A stretch of DNA of 64,000 nt from an uncultured Candidatus Rokubacteria bacterium (lineage in GTDB: Bacteria > Methylomirabilota > Methylomirabilia > Rokubacteriales > DASRDR01). Both the position numbers and the translations under genes were made by a program. Positions 20,409 to 30,288 of the stretch are shown in pieces; within the stretch, counting starts at the first letter, position 1, and each line of letters starts with the position of its first letter. Location of the stretch: positions 1,440,001 to 1,504,000 of the forward strand of contig CAWGVS010000005.1 of NCBI GenBank assembly GCA_963826115.1, given 5' to 3'. The notes beneath the pieces were generated by a model. That model saw only the letters and a program-made list of their open reading frames with translations. It made no database searches and was not told the DNA's origin.

Positions 20409-20546
20409 GATCTCCGTTCGTCCTCTCGGCTGCGAGTGAAGCGAGTCACCCCGAGCGCCGGATCCCTGCGAGGCCGCGGAGGCCACCGGCGCTTTGCCGG
20501 CAGCCGGACCGATCGAGCCGCCGGACAGCCCGGCGGCGGAGGGGCG

Positions 20547-20894
20547 CTAGGAGGCGGGGGGACTCCGGGAAAGGGTCCCGGGGATCGGGGGCGAGGCGAG
20601 CCCGTCCCACACGTCCACGATCGAGCAGCCGGCAGGGTCGGGCGCCAGCGCGGTCGGCGTGGGAGCCGGGGCGAGTGCCGGCGCGGACGGCGACGGCCGA
20701 TCGTCGGCCACCCCGTCGGTCTGGGCCTGCCGGCAGCGGGCGAGAACCATCGCTGGCGTGCGGTCGACGGAACCGCCCCGTGCCGGGCGTGGAATGGCGG
20801 CGGCGAACGGCAGGAGGTGGATCAGGAGACCCAGGATCGCTCCCGCGCGGGCCAGGCTCGATGCGTAGCCGCGGCGCAGGGGCACCAGTTTCAT
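20547..20894 (-). CDS. Small leader protein with N-terminal hydrophobic segment and C-terminal RSPP motif
   Basis: ATG start; AILGLLIHLLPFAAAI segment; ends LSRSPPAS; same strand and just upstream of UPF0182. Confidence 0.55.
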   Translation of the reverse strand: MKLVPLRRGYASSLARAGAILGLLIHLLPFAAAIPRPARGGSVDRTPAMVLARCRQAQTDGVADDRPSPSAPALAPAPTPTALAPDPAGCSIVDVWDGLASPPIPGTLSRSPPAS

Positions 20895-21031
20895 AGCCCG
20901 AGGGTAGCAATCTCGGCCGAGGTTGACAACGCGCGCGTGATACCTTCGAGGCGGCGCGCCCCTTCCCGTTCCGTCCCAGCCCGTCCACCTCCGGGGCGCC
21001 GAAGGGATCGCAATGGGCGAACACGAGCTGC

Positions 21032-21208
21032 GTCAAGCGCGCCGCCCAGTTCATCCGGATGAACGACATCGTGGTGCAGGCGAACGTGGTGATCCCGCTC
21101 GTCCACCGCAACTGGGTCGCCGCGGGCTCCAGCCAGATCCGTGGGGTCGAGCTGAGCGGCTGGGACTCGACGTTCTGGCGGCTTCCCTACTGGCATCGTG
21201 AGGCGTAA
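21032..21208 (+). pseudogene. 3' remnant of a peptide ABC substrate-binding protein gene
   Basis: Frame reads VKRAAQFIRMNDIVVQANVVIPLVHRNW...ELSGWDSTFWRLPYWHREA*, like a family-5 SBP C-terminus; no N-terminal part or RBS upstream. Confidence 0.65.
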
Positions 21209-21396
21209 GGACAGGCACGCGTGGCTGGATCAACCGCCGCGGTTGGACGCGCGCCACACCGATCGGCGCCGCGGAGGGCCGAAGGGCTCGAGCGCCTTCG
21301 AGGAACTCCATGCTGTTGCCCTCAGCCGCGAGGGGACGGCATGATTCCCGTCGGCCGCGACGCGTGACCCTCTAGCTCATGATGGAGGAGACACTC

Positions 21397-22957
21397 ATGC
21401 GCAGGCACTGGACGCGCCGCTTCCTCTCTCCACTCGGGCCCGTCGCCCTCGCCGCGCTGATGATCGCGGTCGGGCCGGCGCCGGCCGGCGCCGCCGGCAC
21501 CTTCCGCGTCGCCGTGGGCGTCGACCTCGACACGGTGGACCCGGCCCAGATGACGACGACGACCGTCGCGAACATGGTCGACTACGTGGCCGAGACGCTC
21601 ACGTTGCTCGGCCCCGACGGCAAGGTGGGGCCCTGGCTCGCGGAGAGCTGGACGGTCTCGCCGGACGGCCTCGTCTACACCCTGAAGCTCCGGAAGGGTG
21701 TCACCTTCCACGACGGGACGCCGTTCGACGCGAAGGCCGTCAAGTGGAACTTCGACCGGCTGAAGGACACGGCGGTCCGCGTACCGATCCGGGCGCCGTT
21801 CCCGATCAAGGACACCGAGGTCGTGGACGCGTCCACGGTGAAGGTGACGCTGACCAAGCCCTCGGCGCCGTTCGTCGCGGCGCTGTCGTGGACCACCTCG
21901 GCCCTCGTCTCGCCGGCCTCGATCGACAAGCAGGGCAACGAGTACAAGAACATCGTCCACACCGTCGGCACCGGCCCCTACGTCTTCAAGGAGCGGAAGA
22001 AGGGTGAGAGCTTCACGGTCACCCTGAACGACAAGTACTGGGGCAAGAAGCCGACCTACGACACCGTCGTCTTCCGGATCGTCCCCGAGGCGGCGACGCG
22101 TGAGAGCCTGATCCTGGCCGGCCAGGTGGACCTCATCGTCCTGCCGCCCATCGCGGACGTCCCGGCGCTTCAGACGCAACTCGGCCGTCAAGGTGCTGCT
22201 GGCGCCGAGCGACCGGACGATCTTCATCTCGCTGAACACCACCAAGAGCCCCCTCGGGGACGTCAAGGTCCGCCAGGCCCTGAACTACGCGGTCGACAAG
22301 AAGGCGATCATCGAGAACGTCCTCTTCGGAGCCGCCGACGAGATGGACGCGCCGATGGCGCCGAGCCTGTTCGGCTACTGCAAGGCCGGCAACTACGACT
22401 ACAACCCCGCCAAGGCCAAGCAGCTCCTGGCCGAGGCCGGCGTGAAGCCGGGCACGAAGCTCAGCTTCCATCACCCCACCGGGCGCTACGTCCAGGACAA
22501 GGAAGCCTCCCAGGCCGTCGCCGGCTACCTCCGCGAGGTCGGTATCGAGCCGGAGCTCCAGACGATGGACTGGCCCTCGTACGTCTCGATCATCAACGCC
22601 GGGCCGGCCGAGAAGACCGTCCACCAGCTCGCGTATCTCGGATGGGCGCCGGCGTTCCTCGACAGCGCCATGCAGGCGTTCCAGTTCTGGTCGGGCTATC
22701 ACCCGCCGGCGGGGCTCGCCACGAGCTTCTACAAGAACCCCTCGGTGGACGAGCTGATCCTCGCCGCCGAGAAGGAGACGAACGCGGACAAGCGGAAGGC
22801 CCTCTACTGCGACATGTCGAAGCAGGTCTGGGCGGACGCGCCCTGGCTCTTCCTCTACGTGCAGCGGTTCCCCATCGTCTACTCGGCGAAGGTGGCCGAT
22901 GTCGGCTCCCTGCCGAACGAGAAGTTCGCCGCGATCCACGCTCGCCCGGCCAACTGA
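21397..22957 (+). CDS. Family 5 (peptide/glutathione) ABC substrate-binding protein, frameshifted near 22174
   Basis: Signal peptide, LAESW, FHDGTPF and GTGPY in the first frame; VRQALNYAVD in the next frame; deleting one base joins them as LQRNSAVKVLL. Confidence 0.85.
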
Positions 22958-22987
22958 CGGAAGGCCTCCGAGGGCGCGGCCGGGGCC

Positions 22988-23917
22988 GTGAGCCTCTTCC
23001 GCCAGTACCTGGCGCAGCGGCTCCTGGCCTCGGCCGTCACCCTCCTGGGGGTCTCGGTCATCGTCTTCCTGATGGTCCGGCTCCTCCCCGGGGACCCGGC
23101 CCAGGTGCTCGCGGGCCTCCTGGCGAGCGAGGAGGAGGTGGCGCGGCTCCGCACCGACCTCGGTCTCGACCGGCCCCTCCACGTCCAGTACGCCGTCTTT
23201 CTCGAGCGCCTCGTCCACGGGAACCTCGGCCGCTCGGCCCGGACGTCCCAGCCGGTCCTGGAAGAGCTCAAGCCCCGGCTCCGCGCGACCCTCAAGCTGG
23301 CGGTCGTGAGCGCCGTCCTCGCGACGGCCGCCGGGATGACCGCGGGCGCGCTCGCCGCCACGCGGCCCTACTCTCGCTTCGACTACCTGCTCTCGCTGGC
23401 AACCTTGTTCGGCGTCTCGATGCCCACGTACTGGCTGGGTCTCATGCTGATCATCGTCTTCGCGGTCCATCTGAACTGGCTGCCCGCGGCCGGCTCCGAA
23501 GGACTCGAGAGCATGATCCTCCCGTCGCTGACCCTGGCCGCCTTCTCGGTCGCGCTGATCGCGCGGATGACCCGCGCCAGCATGCTCGAGGTCCTGGGCC
23601 AGGAGTACGTCCGCACCGCCCGCGCCAAGGGCCTGGGCGAGAGCCTGGTCGTGTCGCGTCACGCGCTCCGGAACGCCCTCGTCCCCGTCCTCACGGTCGT
23701 CGGGCTCCAGTTCGGCGCGCTGCTCGGCGGAGCGGTGCTGACCGAGTCGGTCTTCGGCTGGCCGGGGATGGGGCTCCTCCTGATCGACTCGATCTTCTCC
23801 CGCGACTACGCGATGGTGCAGGGCATCGTCCTCGTGTTCTCCGCCCTGTTCATCCTGACGAACCTCGTGGTCGACCTCCTGTATGTCGCCATCGACCCTC
23901 GAATCCGCTACGCCTGA
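22988..23917 (+). CDS. Peptide ABC permease (DppB-like)
   Basis: LPGDPA, GLDRPL, YVRTARAKGL, ESVFGWPGMG, IDPRIR. Confidence 0.93.
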   Translation: MSLFRQYLAQRLLASAVTLLGVSVIVFLMVRLLPGDPAQVLAGLLASEEEVARLRTDLGLDRPLHVQYAVFLERLVHGNLGRSARTSQPVLEELKPRLRATLKLAVVSAVLATAAGMTAGALAATRPYSRFDYLLSLATLFGVSMPTYWLGLMLIIVFAVHLNWLPAAGSEGLESMILPSLTLAAFSVALIARMTRASMLEVLGQEYVRTARAKGLGESLVVSRHALRNALVPVLTVVGLQFGALLGGAVLTESVFGWPGMGLLLIDSIFSRDYAMVQGIVLVFSALFILTNLVVDLLYVAIDPRIRYA

Positions 23918-24800
23918 GGGCGCGCTCGTCGACGCGGCGCCCGCGGGTCGTCCCGCGCTCCGCCGGCTCCGGGAGAGCTGGCAGCGCTTCCGCCGCCATC
24001 GCACCGCGATGGCGGGACTGATCTTGCTGGCCGCGCTCCTGGTCCTCGCCCTCGCCGCGCCCCTCCTCACCTCCTACAACCCGGAGCGCCAGAGCCTGTC
24101 GCAGGCGCTCCGGCCCATCTCGTGGGCGCACCCGCTCGGGACGGACCACCTCGGACGCGACGTGCTGGCCCGGCTCCTCTACGGCGGCCGGCTCTCGCTC
24201 CTGATCGGCTTCCTCGCGGTCGGGCTCGGCGTGGCGATCGGCGTGCCGCTCGGCGCGGTCTCCGGCTTCCAGGGCGGGTTCACCGATCTCGTCATCCAGC
24301 GGTTCGCCGACATCCTCCTCTCGTTCCCGGGGTTTCTCCTGGCGCTCTCGCTCGTCGCCATCCTCGGGGTCGGCCTCCAGAACGTGATCATCTCGGTCGG
24401 CATCTCGGCGGTGCCCTCGTTCATCCGGCTGGTGCGAGGCTCGGTGCTGTCGATCCGCGAGCAGGTCTACGTGCAGGCCGCGGACGCCATCGGCCAGCGG
24501 CGGGCCCTCATCATCTTCCGCCACGTCCTGCCGAACGCGATGGCGCCGGTCATCGTCCAGGCAACCCTGTCGCTCGGCTTCGCGATCCTGGTGGCGGCCG
24601 GCCTCGGGTTCCTGGGGCTGGGCGTCCAGCCGCCGACCCCGGAGTGGGGCACGATGCTCGGCGAGGGGCGGCAGTACATCTTCCGCGCGCCCGGGCTCAC
24701 GACCTACCCCGGGCTCGTGATCTTCCTGGCCGTCCTGGGCTTCAACCTCTTCGGCGACGGCCTCCGGGACGCCCTCGACCCGCGGATGAGCCGGATCTAG
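23883..24800 (+). CDS. Peptide ABC permease (DppC-like)
   Basis: HPLGTDHLGRD, RHVLPN, PPTPEWG, GDGLRDALDP. Confidence 0.93.
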   Translation: MSPSTLESATPEGALVDAAPAGRPALRRLRESWQRFRRHRTAMAGLILLAALLVLALAAPLLTSYNPERQSLSQALRPISWAHPLGTDHLGRDVLARLLYGGRLSLLIGFLAVGLGVAIGVPLGAVSGFQGGFTDLVIQRFADILLSFPGFLLALSLVAILGVGLQNVIISVGISAVPSFIRLVRGSVLSIREQVYVQAADAIGQRRALIIFRHVLPNAMAPVIVQATLSLGFAILVAAGLGFLGLGVQPPTPEWGTMLGEGRQYIFRAPGLTTYPGLVIFLAVLGFNLFGDGLRDALDPRMSRI

Positions 24801-24812
24801 CGAGGCGCGGCG

Positions 24813-26099
24813 CTACAGCACGCTGCGGGGCTTCCCGACCGCGCCCTCGGCGAAACGCGAGAAACGGAACGCGCGGAGGTCGAGCGAGGGCTTCCCGTCG
24901 AGAACGAGCTCCGCGACGAGGCGGCCGACGATGGGCCCCATCGCGAACCCGTGCCCCGTGAAGCCGGTCGCCACGACGAGGCCCGGCGGCCCCGCCTCGC
25001 CGATCACGGGAATCGCGTCCGGCGTGGCGTCGATGTAACCCGCCCAGCTCCGCGTCACCGCAAGGCCGCCGAGCGACGGGTAGAGCCGTCGCATCGCCTC
25101 GAGGCTCCGGCTCACCTTCGCCGGATTCGCCGCCGGCTCGAGGCCTCGGTCCCACGTGAGGGGATGCCGGCGCGCCGCGGAGCCCGGCACGAGCCCGGCG
25201 AGGCTCCGGAGGAGCGGGCGCCCGGCGTGGAAGCGGAAGAGCTTCCGGTTCTTCCAGTAGTTCGGGAAGAAGAGCCGCGCGTGCCGGAGGGAGTCGACCG
25301 TGACGTCGTGATCGGCGGCGCCCGCCGCGGCGATGTTGAGCGTCCCGTCCCGCCGCTGGCGGAACGACACCTCGGGCCCCCACACCCCCGCCCGCGTCAG
25401 CGGCGGCGCCGGCGCGGTGCGCGCCACGGTCGCCCGGACCCAGCGCTGAGGAAGGCGGAGACCGAGCGGCCGGAGGAGTCGGTACGACCAGGCGCCCGCC
25501 GCGCAGACGACCGTCTCGGCCCGCACGTCTCCCTGCTCGGTTCGCACGCCGCCGACCCGGCCGCCCGCCGTCTCCACACCGAGGACGGCGCAGCCCCGCA
25601 CAATCTCGGCTCCGTGCTCGACCGCGGCGCTCGCGAAGGCCTGCGTCGCCTTCGCCGGCTCCGCGTGGCCGTCGCTCGCCGTGTAGAGGCCGCCGAGCCA
25701 CTCCGGGGCCATGCCCGGCAGGAGATCCCGGATCTCCCGCGGCGTCACGAGGCGCGTGTCGAGACCCGACTGCCGCGCGATCGCGAGCCACTCCTCGAAG
25801 AAGGCGAGACGCTCGGGCGTCGCGGCGAGGGCGAGGTTCCCGCCCTGGATCCACTCGACGTCGGCCTGGAGCTCCCCTTCGAGGCCGCGCCAGATGCGGT
25901 TCGCCTCGATCATCAGCGGGACCTCGGCCGCGTCACGCCCCTGCTGACGGACGAATCCCCAGTTCCGCCCCGACTGCTGGTCCGCGACCTCCCCGCGCTC
26001 GAGGAGAACCACGCGCGCGCCCCGCCGCGCCAGCCAGTAGGCCGTGGCGCAGCCCACGATCCCGCCGCCGACCACGACCACGTCCGACCGACCCGCCAT
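24813..26099 (-). CDS. FAD-dependent D-amino-acid oxidase/deaminase-like oxidoreductase
   Basis: VVGGGIVG, QSGRNWG, WAGYIDATPD, GHGFAMGP. Confidence 0.9.
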   Translation of the reverse strand: MAGRSDVVVVGGGIVGCATAYWLARRGARVVLLERGEVADQQSGRNWGFVRQQGRDAAEVPLMIEANRIWRGLEGELQADVEWIQGGNLALAATPERLAFFEEWLAIARQSGLDTRLVTPREIRDLLPGMAPEWLGGLYTASDGHAEPAKATQAFASAAVEHGAEIVRGCAVLGVETAGGRVGGVRTEQGDVRAETVVCAAGAWSYRLLRPLGLRLPQRWVRATVARTAPAPPLTRAGVWGPEVSFRQRRDGTLNIAAAGAADHDVTVDSLRHARLFFPNYWKNRKLFRFHAGRPLLRSLAGLVPGSAARRHPLTWDRGLEPAANPAKVSRSLEAMRRLYPSLGGLAVTRSWAGYIDATPDAIPVIGEAGPPGLVVATGFTGHGFAMGPIVGRLVAELVLDGKPSLDLRAFRFSRFAEGAVGKPRSVL

Positions 26100-26123
26100 G
26101 CCCGTCTCGTCCGTCGGGCGCGA

Positions 26124-28106
26124 TCAGGTCTCGCCGAGGGCGCGCGTCAGGCGCGCCCGGATGTCGGCCCAGACGGCGTCGACGTCCGCGGGCGCGGGCC
26201 GCCGGGTCGCCGCGATCTCCTGGATGCGCTCGTAGATCTGGTGCTTGCCCCAGTCGCGGACGGCGGCCGGCACGCTCTCGAGGACCCGCAGCGCGGCGTC
26301 CTGGACCGCGGGGGGCCACCGGAGCTCCATCTCGGCGCGGCGCGCACCGAGGTCGAACCCCGCGGGCGGCGCCGGCATGGCGGCGCGGAGCCGCGCCGTG
26401 GCCGCCTGGTCCACCGCGCCGTCGACGAGAGCGACGCCGTACGCCTCGCGGGCCCGGTCGACGCTGAGGAAGCCGGCCCGCGCGTCCTCGCGCACGCGCT
26501 CCGGGTCCCGGCGGCGCGGGTCGCCGTGACCGCCGCCGCTCGGCGAGAAGATGCTGACGACGTCGCCGGGCTCGAGGTGGAGCACGTCGACCTTCCCGAT
26601 GTCGCGCGCCCGGGGCGTCCCGCGGTTCACGACGCAGCTCCCCGTGGTACCCGCGCGGCCGCCCGCCACGCCCCAGGGCTCGAGCTTGAAGCGCTCCATC
26701 CCGCGCGCCGTGACGATGGCGTGCGGGTGGAAGACCTGAAAGTCGAGACGCACGGCGAGGCCGCCCCGGTGCTCGCCGGGGCCGCCGGTGTCGGGCATCA
26801 GGTGGTAGCGCCGCATGACGATCGGCACCTCGGCCTCGATGCTCTCGACCGGCGTGTTGCGGAGGAAACCCGAGGTCGAATCGGCGCCGCCGAGGCCATC
26901 CGTCTCCGGGCGCCCGCCGCCGCCGCCGAGCATCGGCTCGACCACCTGGACGTGACGCTGGCCCGTCAGGAGGTCCTGGACCGACGCCACGACCGGCGAG
27001 ATCGCGCCGGCCGGCGCCGCCGGCACCCGGCCGGGAAGCGCCTGGGCGAGGGCGCCGAGCACCGCGTCGAACACGCGGAGGACGGTGCCGTAACGGACGC
27101 CGATCGGCGCGGGGAACTGGGCGTTCAGGACGGTACCGGGCGGCGTCGTCACCCGAACCGGTCGGAGGATGCTCGACGCCTTGGGGATCCCCGGGTCCTC
27201 GGTGACGAGGTAGGCGTTGATCGCCTGGCAGAGGAACGGGTGCGTGACGCCGTGGCTCGCGACGTTCAGCGCGGAGCCCACCTGGGGATCCGTGCCGGTG
27301 AAGTCGAGGTGGAGCGCGTCGCCCGCGACGGTCAGGGCGACCTGGATGCGGATCGGCACCTCGGAGCGGAGGTCGTCCTCCATGTACTCGGTGAACCGGT
27401 AGGTCCCGTCGGGGATCTTCCGGATCGCCGCGCGCGCCCGCGCCTCGGCGTAGTCGAGGACCGCGTCGATGCCCTCGACGAAGGTGGCGTGGCCGAACTT
27501 CCGCGCCATCTCCTGGACGCGCCGGTCGCAGGAGCCGACCGCCGCGACCATCGCCTTGATGTCGCCCCAGTTCACCTCGGGGATCCGGCAGTTGTCGCCG
27601 ATCAGGTTCTTCACGTCCTCCTGGAGGACGCCCGCCCGGTAGAGCTTCGTCGGTCGGAGCCGGAGCCCTTCCTGGAAGATCTCGGTCGCCCGCGGCCACA
27701 CGCTCGCCGGCACCGCGCCGCCCATGTCCGAGGAGTGGACGAAGGCGTAGCCCCAGCACACGAGTCGCCCGCCGTGGAAGATCGGCCGGAGGATGTGCAC
27801 GTCGGGGAGATGGGTACAGAGGGGGCCCGAGAGGTACGCGTCGTTGCAGATGACGACGTCGCCCTCGTCGTAGCGGTCGAAGTACCTCAAGGTGTGGCCC
27901 ATGTTGAGGCCCAGGTAGGACGACGCGCCGAGGGCCCACGGATAGGCGACGTACTCCCCGCCCGTGGAGACGAGCCCCGTCGAGAAGTCCGCGGTCTCCT
28001 TCACGAACGTCGTGTAGGCCGTCCGCTCCATGATCCGGGCCATGTCCTCGACGATGGCCTGGTAGTGGTTCCGCAGGATCTCGAGCGTCACGCGGTCGAT
28101 GGCCAC
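26124..28106 (-). CDS. Hydantoinase B/oxoprolinase family protein
   Basis: RTAYTTFVKE, THLPD, HSSDMGG, NTPVESIE, GGGHGDP; GTG start. Confidence 0.92.
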   Translation of the reverse strand: MAIDRVTLEILRNHYQAIVEDMARIMERTAYTTFVKETADFSTGLVSTGGEYVAYPWALGASSYLGLNMGHTLRYFDRYDEGDVVICNDAYLSGPLCTHLPDVHILRPIFHGGRLVCWGYAFVHSSDMGGAVPASVWPRATEIFQEGLRLRPTKLYRAGVLQEDVKNLIGDNCRIPEVNWGDIKAMVAAVGSCDRRVQEMARKFGHATFVEGIDAVLDYAEARARAAIRKIPDGTYRFTEYMEDDLRSEVPIRIQVALTVAGDALHLDFTGTDPQVGSALNVASHGVTHPFLCQAINAYLVTEDPGIPKASSILRPVRVTTPPGTVLNAQFPAPIGVRYGTVLRVFDAVLGALAQALPGRVPAAPAGAISPVVASVQDLLTGQRHVQVVEPMLGGGGGRPETDGLGGADSTSGFLRNTPVESIEAEVPIVMRRYHLMPDTGGPGEHRGGLAVRLDFQVFHPHAIVTARGMERFKLEPWGVAGGRAGTTGSCVVNRGTPRARDIGKVDVLHLEPGDVVSIFSPSGGGHGDPRRRDPERVREDARAGFLSVDRAREAYGVALVDGAVDQAATARLRAAMPAPPAGFDLGARRAEMELRWPPAVQDAALRVLESVPAAVRDWGKHQIYERIQEIAATRRPAPADVDAVWADIRARLTRALGET

Positions 28107-28108
28107 GG

Positions 28109-30160
28109 CTACCGCGCCTCGATGACGAGGTTGCCGAACGGGTCGACCGTCGCCCGGAAGCCGGCGGGAACCAGCGTGGTCGTGTCGGCCTGCTCGACGA
28201 CGGCCGGGCCGTCGAGATGCTGGCCCGCGAGGAGATCGCCCCGGCGATACACGGCGGCGTCGTGGCGCTGCCGCCGGTAGTGGATCGGCCGCCGACCTGC
28301 CGGCGTCGCGGGGCCGCGCCCGGCCGGCACCGCCTGGAGCGCCGGTTTCGGCGTGGTGCCGGTGATCGTCGCTCGAAGGTCGATCAGCTCGACGTCGGCG
28401 GCGCGGTCGGCGTGAGCGTAGAGGTGCTGGTGCCGGTCGTGAAACGCCGCGCGGAGCCGGTCGGTGCCGGTGTCCTCGAGCCACGCGGGGTCGATCGGCA
28501 CCTCGATCTGGAAGGCCTGCCCCGCGTAGCGGAGGTCGGCGCCGTAGGCCAGCCGGCTCGCCGAGACGGCAGGCGCCTCCTCCTCGATCCAGCGCCGGGC
28601 TCGCGCGGCGAGCTCCCGGCACTCGTCGGCGAGCAGCCGCCCCGGGGTGGCCGAGAGGCGCCGGTGAAGCGTCTTCACGTAGTCGCTCTTGACGTCCGCC
28701 GTCATCGCGCCCTGAGCGCAGAGCGTGCCCGGCGAGGGCGGCACGACGACGCGCCCGATGTGGAACTCCTCGGCGAGGAAGCACGCCTCCACCGGCCCGG
28801 CGCCGCCGAAGGCGACCAGGGCGAAGTCACGCGGATCGAGCCCGTGACGCGCAAGGACGTTGGAGAACGCCACGTACATGTTCGAAGTCGCCACCTCGAC
28901 CACCGCCTCCGCGGCGGCGTCGACATCGAGGCCCAGGTGCTCGGCGATCGGGCGGAGCGCCGCCGCCGCGCGCTCGGGGTGGAGCCGGAGCCGCCCGCCG
29001 ACGAAGTTGTCCGGGTTGAGAAACCCACAGAGGAGGAAGGCGTCGGACAGGGCCGGCTCGGTCCCGCCCCGGCCGTAGCAGGCGGGACCGGGGTCCGCGC
29101 CCGCGCTGCGAGGGCCCACCTTCAGGACTCCGACCGGGTCGAGCCAGGCGATGGACCCGCCCCCCGCGCCGATCGACGAGACACCGACGACCGGCATGAC
29201 GATCGGGAAGTCGCCGACCGTCTCGTCGGTCGAGTAGACGGGCTGGCCGTCGCGAACCAGCGCGATGTCCGCGCTCGTCCCGCCCATGTCGAACGTGATG
29301 AGGTTCCGGTAGCCCGCCGCGACGCACACCGCCGTCGCCCCGATGACGCCGGACGCGGGCCCCGACAGCATCGTCTCTGCGGTGGCCCGGCGGGCGTCGC
29401 GCGCCGTCGTCACGCCCCCGTTCGACTTCGTGACGTAGAGCGGTACGCGCACCCCGACGCGGCCCAGCCCGCGCTCGAGGTCCTCGAGGTAGCGCTCCAC
29501 GCGCGGGCGGACGTAGGCGCTCAGGACCGCCACCATGGTCCGCTCGTACTCCCGGATCTGCGGCCACACCTCGTGCGAGCAGGTCACGGCGAGCCCCGGG
29601 AAGCGCTCGGTCAGGACCTTCCTCGCCTCCGCTTCGTGGGCCGGCGTCCGGTAGGCATTGATGAACGCGACGACGAGGGCCTCGGCCCCCTCCCGCTCGA
29701 CCAGGCGGATCGCCTCGCGGAGGAGCTCCTCGCGGTCGAGGGCGGTGTCCACGGTGCCGTCGGCCAGGATGCGCTCCGCGACCTCGCCGACGCGGTACCG
29801 CGGAATCAGCGGCGCCGGGCGCGTCGCCGTGAAGTTCACGGGGCTCGCGAGCCGGAGCCGCTGGATCTCGAGCACGTCCCCGAATCCCGCCGTGACCAGG
29901 AGGCCGAGCGTCGCGCCGTTCCGCTGGATCACGGTGTTCACCGCGATCGTCGTGCCGTGGACCAGGTAGTCGATGGCGCCCAGGTCGAGCCCACGCTCGC
30001 GCGCGAGGGCCGCGAGCCCGTCGAGGACGCCACGGCCCGGGTCGCCCGGCACGGTCGGCGACTTGAAGCCCGACAGCTCGCCCGTCGTCTCGTCGAGGAG
30101 ACTGAAGTCGGTGAACGTGCCGCCGATGTCGATGCCGAGCCGGTAGCGCCCCACAGTCAC
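28109..30160 (-). CDS. Hydantoinase A/oxoprolinase family protein
   Basis: GIDIGGTFTD, HGTT, SGPASG, DMGGTS, SAGADPGPACY. Confidence 0.95.
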   Translation of the reverse strand: MTVGRYRLGIDIGGTFTDFSLLDETTGELSGFKSPTVPGDPGRGVLDGLAALARERGLDLGAIDYLVHGTTIAVNTVIQRNGATLGLLVTAGFGDVLEIQRLRLASPVNFTATRPAPLIPRYRVGEVAERILADGTVDTALDREELLREAIRLVEREGAEALVVAFINAYRTPAHEAEARKVLTERFPGLAVTCSHEVWPQIREYERTMVAVLSAYVRPRVERYLEDLERGLGRVGVRVPLYVTKSNGGVTTARDARRATAETMLSGPASGVIGATAVCVAAGYRNLITFDMGGTSADIALVRDGQPVYSTDETVGDFPIVMPVVGVSSIGAGGGSIAWLDPVGVLKVGPRSAGADPGPACYGRGGTEPALSDAFLLCGFLNPDNFVGGRLRLHPERAAAALRPIAEHLGLDVDAAAEAVVEVATSNMYVAFSNVLARHGLDPRDFALVAFGGAGPVEACFLAEEFHIGRVVVPPSPGTLCAQGAMTADVKSDYVKTLHRRLSATPGRLLADECRELAARARRWIEEEAPAVSASRLAYGADLRYAGQAFQIEVPIDPAWLEDTGTDRLRAAFHDRHQHLYAHADRAADVELIDLRATITGTTPKPALQAVPAGRGPATPAGRRPIHYRRQRHDAAVYRRGDLLAGQHLDGPAVVEQADTTTLVPAGFRATVDPFGNLVIEAR

Positions 30161-30231
30161 CTGCCTGGGTGTGCCGATGAGCCGGTCCGTGTTCGAGCGC
30201 GGGCGTGTACTATGCTCGCGGGATGGCGCTC

Positions 30232-30260
30232 ACGCTAGCGAGGCGGCCGGAGACTGTCAA
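30232..30260 (-). promoter_or_regulatory. Sigma70-like promoter of the hydantoinase operon
   Basis: TTGACA-17 bp-TAGCGT. Confidence 0.6.
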
Positions 30261-30288
30261 GCGCCCGGCGCCCGACCGCGAGTAACAT

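Noticed and set aside
22175-24021. 880-aa SBP fusion ORF (21379..24021)
   Set aside because: Read-through after the frameshift at ~22174; the downstream translation is meaningless
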